Shown here: piece after piece, positions 38,008 through 52,782 of the stretch
Numbering within the stretch: position 1 is the stretch's first letter
Layout: each line of letters opens with the position of its first letter
DNA from: Daphnia carinata
Lineage: Eukaryota
Reading direction: 5' to 3'
Assembly (NCBI RefSeq): GCF_022539665.2
Contig: NC_081332.1
Span: forward strand, 2,480,001-2,544,000
Length of the DNA: 64,000 nt
The notes under the pieces: model-generated
Database searches by the model: none
Told to the model about the DNA's origin: nothing
What the model saw: the letters and a program-made list of their open reading frames with translations, nothing else
Translations under genes and position numbers: made by a program

Positions 38008-40009
38008 CATTCACGAGTGTGTTATAGCATACCTGCCTCAATTAAAAAAAGGAAATTCCATTTCAACATGTAGTTTTTAGTGATGTGATTTTATGGTTAT
38101 GGTATTGCGCTCTTTGTGACAGTTTTTGCATTTTGCGGTTTGGATGTTTTGCTGTCTGTGGGGTACAAATAAATTTCATTCCATATTCTAAAGTTTCATT
38201 GTGCGACGCAATAAAATGGCACGTAAATAGCCAGTTGAACTGGACTCCAGCGTTGCTATAGCTGGAAACCTGACTACTCTGTTGAAAAGGATTTTGCCTA
38301 CTTAAGCACTCTTGAAAGTGGGAGTAAATGAGGACCCTTATCTATAAACGGTGATGCGCAGGATTTGCTGCATGGGTACACTTATTGATGCACTCTTTCT
38401 TAATTGTACCTGCGAACTGGACTTTAAGTGAACACGCAATGTATAGGGGTGAGCATAATAGTTTTTTATTATAATTGTTTAAAGATTGCATAGGGACTAC
38501 ATGTCGAGAGTTCCGGACAGGATCTTCTAAAACTTTAACACCATGCAAAGGCATTAAATGGCGAGTGAAGAATTTGTTCCATCAACAGCAAGTTAGGGGA
38601 AGCGTGCGATAGATTTATCATACGCCCTAATTCACGCATCTGTTATCCAACTATGTCCACAACCCCTCGCTACTTCCACTATACCTCCGTCAAAATTTTG
38701 CTGACCAAAGCCGCCATGCTCCCGGTATACTGCAGATCCACCGTGTGACAACACCATTTATAATTCCCGTCCCCACAAACTGTCTTTGCCTGTAGCAAAT
38801 ACCCGATCCCTCCATCGATCATGTACAGCTCTAAGTGCGGTACCAGCGATTTGATCTTTACACGTTGGCCATGAATTGCAAATCACGTCCATTGGGCTTC
38901 AGCTTTGCTTCGGGTTCGGGTTCGGGTCCTGTCTAGACGTTTACCGTTTCATCCTGTTCGCAAAAACGCATTCAGCTGCTCACCACCTGTGCACCATATT
39001 CAGCATTTCCCTGACGATCTGTGCAAACATTAATATTGCAAGCTGGGCGACCATTGGTTATTAATATAAGAGTAATCGATGTCGAAGACGCAGTTAGACG
39101 ATCATAAAACACCTGTTGATATGTTTTATTCTATTATTTTTTTACGGTCTTGAAAATGCAGTTTATTATTTGTGTCCGTTACCTTTGTTGAGACGTGTTT
39201 TATGGTTGGTGAAGCTTCCCTGATTGCCTTAAACGCGACCCTTCTATTTTATGCAATCGAGAAATCAGTCAGTTTCTACGAAAACATTAAGAGTAACCTT
39301 TATTTCGCATAGCAACCCATCCTGTGAGTTTTATTTGGAAACATGACGATTAAGCGCGAGGAATTTTCTGGGTTGTTATTGACACTAAAGGAAATTCAAA
39401 TGCAGGACATGCATTTATTGCAGGACGTAGGTCTCTACAAAGAGAGATAGCCTGAATTGTTCAAGGGAAACGGCGGTGCAAATGTGGCATTTTTCAAAAA
39501 TGCCATTCGATAAAGTGGTGTTTCAAACTTGAAGTCTACAAATCGAGAATGAAACCGGTGGTTTTCATAGGGTTGGATAAGTGCCCATTTAGTGCCAATA
39601 TCGCAGTGTATATTTGAGAAAGTTCCTTTCACCATGAAGAACACATTGAAAAAAATAAATTTTCATGTTTTTCGTGTATTTTTAATGCATAATTCTTGAA
39701 CAAAGACGCATAAGTGCCAATTTGCTAATTGGCTGTTTAGTGTTCCAAGTATGTTGGTTTTGATATTTGAGTGTGAAAGCCATGCATGCAAAATGAGCTG
39801 GTGTGCTTTTTGCGAGAATTACGTGAAATGATGCAATGCTATTGTTCTTGAGGGACATTGTGGAAAAATGAAATTTTTCTAATGCCAATATCAATTTAAA
39901 AACGTGCGGACGATAGTAACAGTCATCTATGACCTATAGCGGCTGTTTTGTTCAGAGCGATACACACTCGCTCGCACCTCTATGTTTACTCACGTGCTGT
40001 GTTGCAAAA

Positions 40010-42082
40010 TCACTCAGTGACATCAGATATTCCTGTTTTCTGTAATTCACTGCTGCGATGGCGACGGTGTTCAGTCATAAAAAACACTCTCTCGCCGAGA
40101 AACGCTAAAAGGGATAGACACAATCCAACTAAAAGGACGAGGAACGCACCAGTTAAGTTCTTGAGCGACAAAGGTGGATGCTTGTTCTTGGGTTTCGAGT
40201 ATCCGCTTTTAATGTTCTCCATGCATTGACCAGGCATTGGACGGAACCATATATCCCAGTAGTTGATTAGGCCAGTTTGATGTAGCTCCAAAAGGCTTTG
40301 ATGCCATACAATTCAAAACGGTAAACATCTGACAACATCATTTTTTTTTTTGTATCTTTTTAATTTGCTTACCCTTGGCTAATAGTTTTGGTGTATGGAC
40401 TGCCTTTGGGTAGGGCAAAGGTTGTAATGATGCTAATGAAACCATCCCTTGCCAGTTGCAAATTACATTTCTTTGTTCTCTGAAAATCTTCCCTGATCGC
40501 ATCTAGGTGATAAATATTCGCCTAAAACAAAGTTGTGACTGGTTATTTCTATTTTATAACGTGAGGTAAAGGGAAAAAACGAAGAATAATTTACGTCAAT
40601 GAAAACTTTTCTTGATCCTGGGTTAACAAGTCGGATGCAGTCTGCTACCAGCGTGCATCGGGAGTCGGGGAATGAGTTGACCCTAGCACGCAGTTTTGAA
40701 AATATACCTGTAGCGTTCGAGTTCTGTTTGAAAATTGAAATGTAGAAATTAATTAAAAGGTATAAATTTTAATTATTAAGCTGGTGTTTGGACTTTCCGA
40801 AATCAAAGTGTCGATTGTCCCTGCTTTTTTCACGAGTAAAACGATGTCAGAACTCTCAGCAATATCGTAAACGGAGTTGATTAACGGTAGTTTCACTGGA
40901 GCCACAACGTAAGTGAAGAGCGTCGAGTTATAGCCTTGGACGAAAATGAAAGCCGCCAAGGTCCACACCCCAGCTACGAGGCGAAAGGATAAACGCCTTG
41001 AAGTGCAAGGGCCGCCTGGCGAGATAATCGACCACTTATTAAGCCTTATGAAAATCGTTAGTTTTTTTTGCATACGTCATACTTTGTGACAGTAAATTGC
41101 CTAGTACGTAGAGGTACTGGCTTCCTGGCTGTCCGTGTACCCTAGTAGAATTTGCATTTTCCCCTTCGTTTGATGTCGAATCCCGTTCCAGTCCGACTCG
41201 ATTGTCCAGATAACGTTGAATTAAAAACAGAATGACGATGACGATAACCGAGGAAATTGCAAGGCCAATCCATACCTAACAAGAATGAGATTTTGCCATT
41301 AATGATGTTAATTTAATCTCAACTCCGTCCCTTCCTAAAATACGGGCTTTACCGGCCATTGAAAAGGTTTAATAACTGCGTCAATATTTGCCGCCTCGTC
41401 GTGAACAGGAATAAGAAAAGAGAAGTAGTCATAATTCCAAGGCAGCGTCATGTCGACAATCTGCAGACGCCGAAATGTCGGCACTACGTCTTGCAGTAGC
41501 AAATCGCATTGCTAATTTTCAAAATGATGCAACAATAAAAAAATGATCGTTAACGAAATCGCATATACATTTCCGAAATAAAACTCAACTGCATCCCATA
41601 AGTAGCTGAAAAGTCCTTTTCCTTTTTCTGGTGGCTCCAGCCGGTTCTCTGCCACTCTGACCATCTCGTACCTGAACGTGAGAAATACGCAATGAGGCTC
41701 GAGGTTATATTTAGAATTCAATTCCTTTTTCTTTTACGTGAAATTAAAGCGAGTTGCCAGATATTCAAGCACCACGCCCCCTTTAAGCGGACCTGACAAT
41801 CCTTTTGGATTACCACTCCAGCGCGGCTGGGAAAAAGTTGAAAGAAATTAAACTACCAGGTTAGCCAAGTTATGTAGAAAACTAAAACTGAATTAGGCAA
41901 AAAAGCAACGACACAAATATTACCCAGATGGTTCGGAGATGTTTACCATTAAGTGGATTCACCGTCAAGGCTAACGTATTTAACGCATTGAACCAAATCG
42001 TAAGAACCATGAAAGGTAAGGCTGAACAAGACATGACGAATAAAAAGTGTGTCTCGTACTCAAGGAGGTTCTGGCACCTCAT
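40010..42082 (-). CDS. Ionotropic receptor (divergent chemosensory IR), multi-exon
   Basis: RLQIVDMTLPW, AVIKPFQWP|VWIGL (M1), YVLGNLLSQ pore, FRLVAGVWTLAAFIFVQGYNSTL (M2), FALPKGSPY, LELHQTGLINYW, PLSLKNLTGAFLVLLVGL (M3); one doubtful splice donor; start 42082 or 42034. Confidence 0.9.
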
Positions 42083-43373
42083 AGTTTAAATACTCGAGAT
42101 CAAACCAACCTCTTTGTACTGAATTCTAATTTTACAGATACCGCCTTCTAGTGCTTAGCAACCTGAATCCAACAAATTTGAAATTCTTGCACCTGCAGTT
42201 GTCAATCACATAGCATTTTGCTATGATGTGCCTTGTATGAAAAGATAGAAATGACAGGGCATTATAGAGGATTTCTGTTTATGTTCATATGACAACAAAA
42301 CAACACAAGTTGTTTTGTATAATTGACGAGCGCTTTGCGGCATAAAACTGGTTAATAGCAATGCTCAATGGTACGTAAAAGCTTATTATCTATGTAATAT
42401 CTGGCTGTCTGGATGGTTTGTTTGTTCTGTTTCCTCAAGTCCGAAAGGTGCCTTGGCTGTCCATCGTCGTTCGTTCCCCTGTTTGACCCTGAGTCATCCA
42501 CGTCAGAAATCAGTGTTACAATAATGCGTCATCTGTTCATAACATGACACTGTCAAGTCACAATCATTTATGTAGTTATACCACCCCTGATACACAAGAC
42601 GTGAATCATTTAAAAACATTGATCGATTTGTTTCCTCGTTTTTGTTTAATTCCATCATCAGGTTGTAGAAATCATAAGTCCACGATACCGTTTGGTATAG
42701 GCTTTCAACTTCGTCAGCAAAGTGTCTCCTGTATAAATAACAATACTCCATAATGGAGCAGAAATTAAAGCCATTTTTGCATACCTATAATAATGAACTT
42801 TTTATCCCAGATACATTTTTCATACTTCATACTGAATTATTAGAGTTCAGCACACAAAGGTGGAAATGGGCAATCTAGTTTCCAACCAATTGGCTTGGTG
42901 TAAAGTGTTCCAGCTAAAGTTTATGCCGAATTGTTCATGGGATAATCTAGCACTGTACAATAAAGACAAATTTTGAACTCCTCCTCGCAGTCAGTAAGAA
43001 TGTTGATTGCTTTCCTGGAGGTAGGTGGATTTTTCTGTTCTCGTTTGAATTCCTTCTGAGGAAATACGCACGTCGTCGCCTATCATTTCAGTTGGCATAG
43101 CTATTTCAGACAACGGAGGAATATCGGCATCGAAACATTTCGTCGTATTATATTTAACAACAATTCATGGGCAGTAATTATGCCAACTTGATCTTATGTC
43201 TCTCTTAATCTGCACTCACAAGATATGCTGAGCAAGAATTTTTGCGAACCTGGTTTTTTACCTGAATAGCTAAATTGTCCAAGGACTTTTTATAAACAAG
43301 ACCTTGTTTTAACTGTTTATTTTACAAAACTTATGACTAAAGAGGATTGGCCTACAAACCCTTTACGTGTCGA

Positions 43374-44098
43374 TTACTTCTTGGATCGTTTGCCTTCACC
43401 TTTCTTGGGCTTTCCTTTGCCTCGCAATTCACGAAGACGTCTACGCAGAAAGAAGTTTTTTAAAATTGTACAGTGGTAAACTGTTATGAATATTTTACGT
43501 GATTTCTTCTTTGAAGTCTTGATGCTCATCCCTAAAAAGATAATTAAGAATATTTAGCAAGCATTAAAAAAGAAGGATATATGATGATAAACAACAACAA
43601 AAATACAGCATTTGTGACCAAGAGGTCAACAGTTGGTACTAACACCCCCATTGAAAAGAATTTGGCCTAATAAATGTTACAAAAATTCATCAGTTGGGTG
43701 TTACCTGCTGTTTTTCATAGTTTCTTCATTGTCTATATTACATATTATCAAGCTAGAAAACATCTGCATTATTTGAAGTATTACCTGAATAAGCCATAAT
43801 TCCGTAGATTTCTCATCAAAACATGGATTTCAACATGGCGGGGGTAATAGTTCTTTATGTCTGGTCGTTGTTCAATTGGTTGAGAACTAAACATATCAAC
43901 AACCTATAAAGCAAAGGATTTTTTAAAAATTCAATGTGTTACACAAGTACTAATTTGAATGCTATATGCCTTCAACGATTTTGCAGATGTGGGTCTAGCC
44001 ACTTCACCAAATATTCTTGAGCTTAATTGTTCGATCCGCTTAGCATATGGTGTTGCAGTTTGTACTAATTTCAAATAGTTGTAGAACTTTGAAGCCAT
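43374..44098 (-). CDS. mRpS33: Mitochondrial ribosomal protein S33, 4 exons
   Basis: RIFGEVARPTSAKSLK|VVDMFS...YYPRHVEIHVLMRNLRNYGLFR|DEHQDFKEEIT|RLRELRGKGKPKKGEGKRSKK*. Confidence 0.94.
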
Positions 44099-45428
44099 CT
44101 TAATGGATACTAATATTATCAATTAAACACAATCCAGAAACAATCAGAAAGACATATAGCCGGCGAAAACCACGAGTATATTGTGTTTTATTTGTTTATG
44201 AACTAGCATAGCAGAATCGAAACATTCATCGATACCTATATCGTTTGCGATGAAATGCAGTTAACTACGAAGTTACAAACAGGTAACGATTAGATTGTTG
44301 GCGAAACTGTAGATTTTACAAACCTACAAACAGTTTTCCTAATTGTTTCATTTCATTTCCATTTTAATGTTCTTTTTATTATCTTTTGCCAGATAACTAT
44401 ATCACTCATAAAAGAGTCTCCTCACCATATCACGCAGATGTCGCTAGCAGACGAACTGAATTTGTTCTAATAGATGTGTTTCGCAAACAAACTTTACCGA
44501 CGATTAACGCCCATAGAAGTTGTTTGACCAACAATTAATTTTACTGGTTAACTTTCCTTGATGATAATCAACTTACACAAAGTTTTTTGCGATAAGGTTT
44601 GTAACCTTTATTGAAACCTTCTTTATTTGGTTTGTTTTCTGCCGTAAGGAACAAACAACTGTAACGCAATTGGAACAAAAAGAGCCAAATTGTACTTGTG
44701 TTTGAATATTCAACTTTTCACCACAAGCTACGTCATCATGCGTCATCGCATCTATGTTAACAACTGTATTTCTGAATATTTCTGTTCCTGACAGCCTCGT
44801 CCATTAGCAGTAATTACAATAAGTTTGATCCAAATGGCATTAATCATAGCCGGAGGCCTAAATGATTGTAGCCAAATTCGCCATAGAAAACCTACTAACT
44901 CGGTTTCAATAAGTGAAAAAACAATCAGAAGAACAAAAGAAAGTCTTTGTAGGTAAATCAAATCCTAAACTGTTATGAGTTTAGCATATGCATTTCATAC
45001 ATACATTATATCATACTATGCAGTTGACGTCAGGTGAGTAGCCGGCTGCTGAAAATCGGTAAATATTTTTTTTCTTTGTGTAAAATTTCCGCGATTTGAA
45101 GAAATTCCTAACGGCTGCTTAATCACCGGAAGTTAACCGATCGCGAAATTCGGTTCATTCAGCTAATTCTTTTAAGTTTATCTCAGTGATATAAACTTAG
45201 TCGTTTGATAAACGGACAGATGGATTTAACAAGTCTTTCAATTAAAACTTACGTGCGGAAAAATAAATCGATACAAACAGTTGGTAAGAGTAATGAAGTA
45301 ATCCGTTTATCATAAACCATGTTAAATATACATACGGCGTTTACAAAAGAGCTGCGTGACCGGTTTGGTAGGAAGGCTTTCAAAATGGACTTTAAAATAG
45401 GAGCCTTAGGATGGAATATGAAAATGAT

Positions 45429-46507
45429 CTAGTATCCTTCAGCGGATGGAGGTGGAGGGCCGTAAGAGGCGACTGGAACCGGCTGATGAGGTACGGCTAC
45501 GGGGGCAGAAAGATAACCACTTCCAGCTGATTCGCCGTAACCACTAGCTCCATGACCTCCTCCTGCGGAACCTCCATATCCACCAGCTTGCCCGCCATGT
45601 CCTCCTCCTGTTGAACCTCCATAGCCACCAACTTGTCCGCTGTGTCCTCCTCCTACAGAACCTCCGTGACTACCAATTTCTCCACCTCCATAAAAAGGCA
45701 TTGGGGCCTGGTGAGGTGGTGGGGCGACTGGAACAGGAGCATAACTTCTTCCTGATAGGCCTCTATGTCCACCTCCTGCCGGTCCTCTGTGGCCTCCATG
45801 TCCACTACCCATCGATCCTCCATAGCCAGCGGACTGACTACTCCCATGTTCACCTCCTAGAGCTCCTCCGTAGCCACCAACTTGTCCTACGTGACTACCT
45901 CCACCATAAGAAGACAACGGAGCTGCGTGATGAACTGGTGCAGCTACCGGGGCAGGAGCGTGAACGTGTACATGGACAGGTGCAGCTCCTGAAGAGCCCC
46001 CGTAACCGCTAGATTGAGGGCCTCTATGTCCACCTCCTGCTGATACTCCGTAAGAACCACCTCCCATCTGACCTCCATAACCACCACCACCATGACCTAC
46101 ACTTGCCCCACCGTAAGAAGGTGCAGGCCTAGGCGCTGGTTGATGATGGGCCATTGGTTGAGGAGCCGATACAAAGATGGGCTGAGGGGCAGGCATATAA
46201 ATTATTTGTGGGGAAGGTGCAGCACTGTATCCTCCACCTCCTACAACATGTTAATTTAGTAATCATAAGAATCAAAACAAAACTAAAGGGTCTGATTAGG
46301 GACGATGACGTACCGTCTCCGTGCCCTCCGCCACCATAGCTCATACCTCCACCGTAACCTCCGCCTGTTTGAATTACAAGTAGATTTTAAGTTTATGTGC
46401 CTTAGACGATAACTTCATAACATTTGAGCCAGCTAACCTCTTCCTTTTCCTTTCGTTGCTTCAGTGCCAAGGATTAGCACCAATCCGAATAGCAGCAAAC
46501 ATTTCAT
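45429..46507 (-). CDS. Secreted Gly/His/Pro/Tyr-rich low-complexity protein (cuticle or eggshell-like)
   Basis: Signal peptide MKCLLLFGLVLILGTEA; GGYGG, GGHRG, APV and SYG repeats; TATAAA upstream near 46666-46672; GT-AG introns. Confidence 0.8.
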
Positions 46508-49500
46508 GATACTTACGTTAACCTAATACAGAATTAAACAATCGTTAAATATGGTTAAAGTTTAAACTACAATCAAGTGTGTTGTACTTTAGGCATGCTG
46601 AATCAGTTAACCAGCCAATACGACGAACAATTGCTAACTGTGCCTTGAAATTTGCTAGACGCCACTTTTATACGTCGTCCACAAGGTGTGATTCTAGTAA
46701 TGTCGAAAACCGAAGTCACCATCAATGAAGATTGAAAAATGAAAGTGAGTTGTAGACGTATGAAGTTAACTTTTCCTCGTGTTCCCATTCTTTCAATTCT
46801 AACTAATTCAGTGTGACGGCGATGGTTCACAAAGCATCTCCCTGCTGATTCAAGGCCTCTTCTCTTTGCGCCCAACCGTCTGTCCTCTTCGGGGGAGAAA
46901 AAAAAACCCTGTTCCCCAGTTTTCTTTGACCAGAGGGCTCGTAGTGACATTCTATTAAAAGACGAATGATCATCTTAAAAATAACAGGCAAAAAGTAATA
47001 AATATAATGGACAAAGTTTTAGCGGCACTGCATGAAGCCTGAAAAAAAGGAGAGTTACACGACTACCATATTATTATTTGTACGTAGACTGTGCCGGACT
47101 ACATGGGCTGCAGGTCATGCAGCGAAAGTTTTTTTGTAAAAGAACATTTTGCTTATAGCTTTCTTTTGGGAAAATTCCCCTGTATTTCATTGAAAGATTA
47201 CGAAAAAGTTTATCCAGAACAACGTCCTTTCTTCTTTTTTAGATTGTAAAATGAAATTCAGCTTGTATCAATATACCTGCGCATTTTTTTTCTTTCATAG
47301 TTTTACCAGCAATCAGCTAGTGCAGTCTTGCATTCGCCCGACAAAAAGGGCTTTTCCTGCAATATGAAATTTATTTACTGCAAATAACGGTTCAGTACGG
47401 ATTGCAAATTCGATCGCATCGATTTCAAGCTTCAACTTTGTTTGTTGCAGTTAATTTGGTTTCTCAAATTACCAACTGAAACAATTGGCATCAGCGAACG
47501 CTTTCTTCAACTAGGGATTTCAATCGTCAATACTTTTTGCAAGATCCTGATTTTCAAGAAATTCATCTTCTATAGATTCCACCTCGTAGGGTTCATCAGA
47601 GTCGCCGTTATCATCGGAACAACAGATATTGGTTACTTTCTTCCAGCGATTTTATTTGAGGGAAGACTAACCCTTCGATAGCTTGAACGGCGCCGTATAA
47701 CCTGGATGACAATGCATATATTCTTCCAATTCATCAGTTGCTCCTTAGATTTCTCTATATACAAAAAAAAAAATTACGGGAACGAAAATAGATCTCAATG
47801 CAACCACTTATTACCTCGCATTGTTAGTTATTATGATTTCCCACAAGAGATGCCGTTTTCCACTGGACAAGACAAAGAGAAGACGTTAGAATTTCAATTA
47901 GGCTTTTTCTTGAATCGACTGACCCAATCTGTTTGATCATCAAATAAACTTAGAATAAACATAGGTATTACTTTTTAAAGGTACATTATTAGACTCTGTT
48001 ACCGGTGGTCTAAATTTAGAAGTATGATAAGCGACAGCGTTCCCAACAGAGGGCTAGATTTTTTTCCCAACAATAAATTTCGAGACAACTTCTTTTTTCA
48101 ACCCTTCTGTAGAGTCAGTATCGCCTTGGTCTTTTATTACTTTGCTACAGAAACTGATACAGTCATCCTCACATCAAAGCCGTATGCGTTGATGTTCAAG
48201 TAGGGCCTAAAGTCTAAATAGACATAAGTAGAAAATTTGACTCATTCTGAAAATTTTTTGTTTATGAAAATTCTTCCACCAATTTTATAGAAATGGGTAG
48301 CTGTTATCAAGCACTATCCGTTCCTATATATTTTTTTTCATTTCGAACTTATAGTTTTTCTAATAATTAGTATATCAATTCTCTGTATTACAGGGATAAG
48401 GGGGCCATTGGGGCCCGACAAACTGCACCGAAATACTCAGAAAATGACCCATCAGTAATTTTCCGGGTAGATACTTTTAAAGCAGTTTGTTTCAGCTTAA
48501 AATACCCATTGCAACCTAAATACCTTGTACAAAATTAAAATATTACGATTAATTAACCAAAACTTTTTTTAATCAATGAATTACAAGTGGGGTAACAAAG
48601 CAGTGTAATGAGGTTTTTGAACCGGTTTGCTTTTTTCCTGGCACTAGCCTGGACCCAGGTGATTACCCAAACACCAACGGGCAGATAAAACCCGTTAGAA
48701 CTGTACCGAAAATTTGGGTCTCTCGTTTGGGCATTGTTTTTTATTTTTTATTGATAAACAAATTATTATATCACTCGTAAGATAAGAAAGTCAAGATATA
48801 ATTTTGCAATGAAGTATAATTATTTATGGTTAAATTTAAAATATGGAAGCGTATGTTAAAATACCGGGAAATACTGGTGCAATGGTAGTGATGATTTACG
48901 CAATTTCTACAAAAATGCATAATTGGTTAGTTAAGTATTACAATATAAAATGAAAAAGTTCTAATAAAAATAAAATGAATTGTATTTAATAAACGTAAAT
49001 GAAACAAACAATAAGGTATGATTACGTGAACAACAGATGGCGTTTCTCGTCTGCAATGCCATATAGGAAAACCGTTGCCACAGCTTAGGAATACGTTTTC
49101 GTTATGGAATTACGGCCATGTTCATAACGGTCAACTATGGAACAAGAATTGTCTACAAAATAGTGGGTCAAACGGTATTCCACAGTTTTGTCAGTAGTCA
49201 TGCGGTATTACTTAAAGCATACGAACATTACAACCATACATTTTTGTGACATTACATTTTGTGTCATCTATGACCTTTCTGCCATTCGGGCATAACTGTG
49301 TCAGCGCTTTAGATTTCTATCATAGCAGGCTGCGAGATATAAATACATCAACCAGGCATACGGGTCTTCAACCGTCATTGGTGGTACTACAAGAACGTGG
49401 TGCAAACTGAATATTAGAAATTGCCTGGAAAAGAAAATAGTCAAAGAAAATGTGGAGTAAAACATTGACCATCGCCCACATGCGGGTCCTCTTTCGATCA

Positions 49501-51168
49501 GTTGCGAAACCCAACAGCGTACACAATTGTCAGTTCTTAGTGACATTCTTTTACAGTAGACCACACCTTGAAGGAGCAAAGAATACTTATTACAATCGAC
49601 AACTGAAGTGGAAAAACCGGAAATTTTTTTTTGATAAACCAAGGAGTTTTTGACAAAGGACATTGAGACAATGACATCATCTCGCGAGTGAAAGTCAACT
49701 ACTTGAGGCGATCAGCATTTGAGAGTTTAGGCGAACACTGATAGGCTGATAAGTATGAAGTACGTGATATGTTTTTGTATAACCGTAGCAAATTTTCAGT
49801 TTAAACTGTTGAAAATAATACCTCATGAGCTAAACAGGCATGGAACTTTCAAAATGAAAAAAAAGAACAGAGTAAAACTCGATTCCTGAGTATGCTTCTT
49901 AAAAGCATTCGGCGATTGGGTTGAGGAAGTTAATTGCCCTTCTCTAACTATTTTTAAAGGATGTTGTGATGTAAACTCGGATAGTAAATGACGAATGAAT
50001 GCACATTTTCATTAGGAAAGCATTAGGGGAACAGAGTTAGCCGCTCTGTCCCAACAAGGTAGTCGAACGGTGGATCAACAACCTCAAAAAACCCCTCAGT
50101 GAGGGGGAACTGTTTCCGTGATGCTAGGTCGCATACGCATGGCCTAGACAGGTAAAAAAACGTATCTTTTTTCTTAAAAATTTTATTTTGCTCTTTTGTG
50201 TCCCTCGTTTTTGTGAGTTTCGTTAGAAAAACGGCTTTTAGAGGTTCGGGTAAACGTGAGGCCTGTGGGTGGGAAGTTTCATTTATCCCTCAACACCATC
50301 CTCCTCGATCTTCTGGCAAAGCAACATTTTCGAACCAATGAATCAAAAAAAGATATTAAAATTAGAATTTATTTTTTGCTGTTTGCTCTTGTAACTTGTC
50401 TTCTAAGACATAACGTTCTTTAGTAGTGTTTTAAATAATTGCCGAGAACTTGGCTGTCGAAAAGTGGGAAGGCGCCCCATGTTATGAGCAAATTTGCATA
50501 CGAGTGAAGCTAGTAAAACGCCCTCTGGCTAAAAACTGGAAAAGAAAACACCAGAAACAAAAACAAAAACCAACGCGTAGATTTGGCAGGAAAAATGCAT
50601 GTTTTTCGTGAACAGATCAATTCAAGGCCAATCGAAACTTGTCACACAAGCTAACGGTGCATTCGCTGGTCTACGACGAAGCACATTCGACACAATAGCT
50701 ACAAGTCAAACTCTGGCCGAATGTAATACACTCACGTATTCAGAAAAAAAAAGCTTTTCAAGTGTTTGAATCGATGACTCCTTACGTGATGTAAATTTGA
50801 TAGAAAATTGCTCAACAAACTTAATTGCTACGAAAAGAATGGAGTAATCTTATCCAGGGGAACAACAAAGAAGTCGACGACGAGGAAAAATTTAATACTT
50901 GTGGGGCCACATTATTATACGTTGCCGAAAGGTAGATTTGCAAACTCTTTGGATATGAAAAAAGAAAAAAAAAAGCAAGGAAAGAAAAATAACTGGTACC
51001 AGGAGGTTGCACGACCGACACCCTTGGCAGTGGCAGTAAGATTCCCCTTAACTTGTTTCTCAACGCAATCAAGATAAAAAGGGCAACGAAAAAAAGAAGA
51101 GGAACGACGCAAAATCGACCAATAGCTTCAGTCTAAGATCGCCTGCCGTCAGCAAACACACGCTTAAA

Positions 51169-52782
51169 ATGTGGCTCTTCTTCACTATAGCTACCTCTCT
51201 TCTGCAGGTAGACAAAATTTCGGTTTTCATTTTTCTTTTACAATTAAAATCATGGCTAACGCTAGTGCTAAACATTTCATCATCACAAACAACAGGTTTA
51301 TCTTGTCGATGGTCATGGACGGTTAATGGATCCACCGGCGAGGAATGCCATGTGGAGATTTGGCTTCCCCAACCCTGTTGATTACCAGGACAACGAACTT
51401 TACTGTGGAGGATTTTCAGGTAGGTGACAGTTATGCGACGTATTCACGCAAACAAATCACAGTATACCAATTTTGTTCGTGATTTTGTAGTTCAGTGGTC
51501 CTTGAACGGTGGCAAGTGTGGTGTTTGTGGCGATCGATGGGACGATCCAGTACCTCGTCTCCACGAAAGTGGTAATATACAGTAAAATATGTGATTAATC
51601 AATTTTTTGTTTAGATTATTATTTAATTAATTCGCTAAAGGTGGATTTTATGATACTGGCTTGCTTGGCAGGCGCTACACTCCCGGGCAGGTAATTGATA
51701 TTGAAGTTGAGCTAACGGCAAATCACAAAGGATACTTTGAAATGCGATTGTGCCCACTATCAGGCGACCCTACGCTCGCAGAACGCCAAGAATGTTTCAA
51801 CAAGTAAATGTTTTTCATGCTCATTTTAGTACTGCACACACATGACATAAAATTTACTTGTTTTACAATCGGTAAGGTATCCACTGTATCTGGAAGGCCA
51901 ATCCAGTTACCGTTTTGAAATTCCTGAAGATACAAAACGACAAGAAACTTTCAACTACCGTGTGAAACTACCTGGTAATCAAATTAATTCATTGATTAGT
52001 TTACCTTACGCCTAATTTCTGTTCACAATTCATTCAGATGGTGTTACGTGCAGTCGCTGTGTCATCCAGTGGATTTATTATACAGGTGTGTTTCATTTTA
52101 TTGACTTTTAAATCCTAGTATACACATCAGTTGCTTATCGTTGGTGTTCTACAGGAAATACGTGGGACGTATGCGTAAATGGAACCGGGGCAGTCGGCTG
52201 CGGAAACCAGGAGACGTTCAGAAATTGCGCAGATGTGGCCATCATAACCAACACGGGAGGTTTTGGACCCGCCGGCGTTGTTCCAGCGGCACCGACAAGC
52301 CTTCACGATAATCCATACGCCATCAAACTGCTTAACGTTACTCAAAAGGGGGTCCAGGAACAAACGCTAGTCGTTCGGTTCGTGATCACGTGCAACGCAT
52401 ATATTGGCTGGGGTTTCCATTTCTCAATTTAATGCAAATGAAAACATTTGATTTTTAGATCTCAAGTATGCATTGCAAACGACAGCTTTAGGGACAAGAA
52501 TCGTTTTGATTCATGGTGCATGGCCAACTGCCTCAAATATCCGCCTACATGTCCAGACAACGTCTGCACATGCTTGTAAGTTAAATTAGTATTGATTAAA
52601 TACGTGACTTTTTTTTAAACTTGTTTTTCATACGTCATGCTCTGCTTTTCGATGTCTATAGGACTGAATGTGTGCCCACGGGAAACTTTGCGAAAGAACC
52701 TGGGGCGGACGTCTACTGCCATATCAACTGCTTGCGGTACCCTCCCAGTGAACGTTGCCCGGAATGGTGTAAATGCACATAG
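51169..52782 (+). CDS. AA15 lytic polysaccharide monooxygenase (chitin-active) with C-terminal Cys-rich repeats
   Basis: Signal peptide then HGRLMDPPARNAMWRFGF (N-terminal His), GKCGVCGD, ELTANHKGYFE (second His), CVIQWIYYTGN, ETFRNCADV; tail with two C-x3-CL(K/R)YPP modules. Confidence 0.93.

Noticed and set aside
38300..39070. Possible transposase remnant (similar impression at 16300-17050 and 22000-22700)
   Set aside because: Coding-like composition but no recognisable motif, TIR or intact frame
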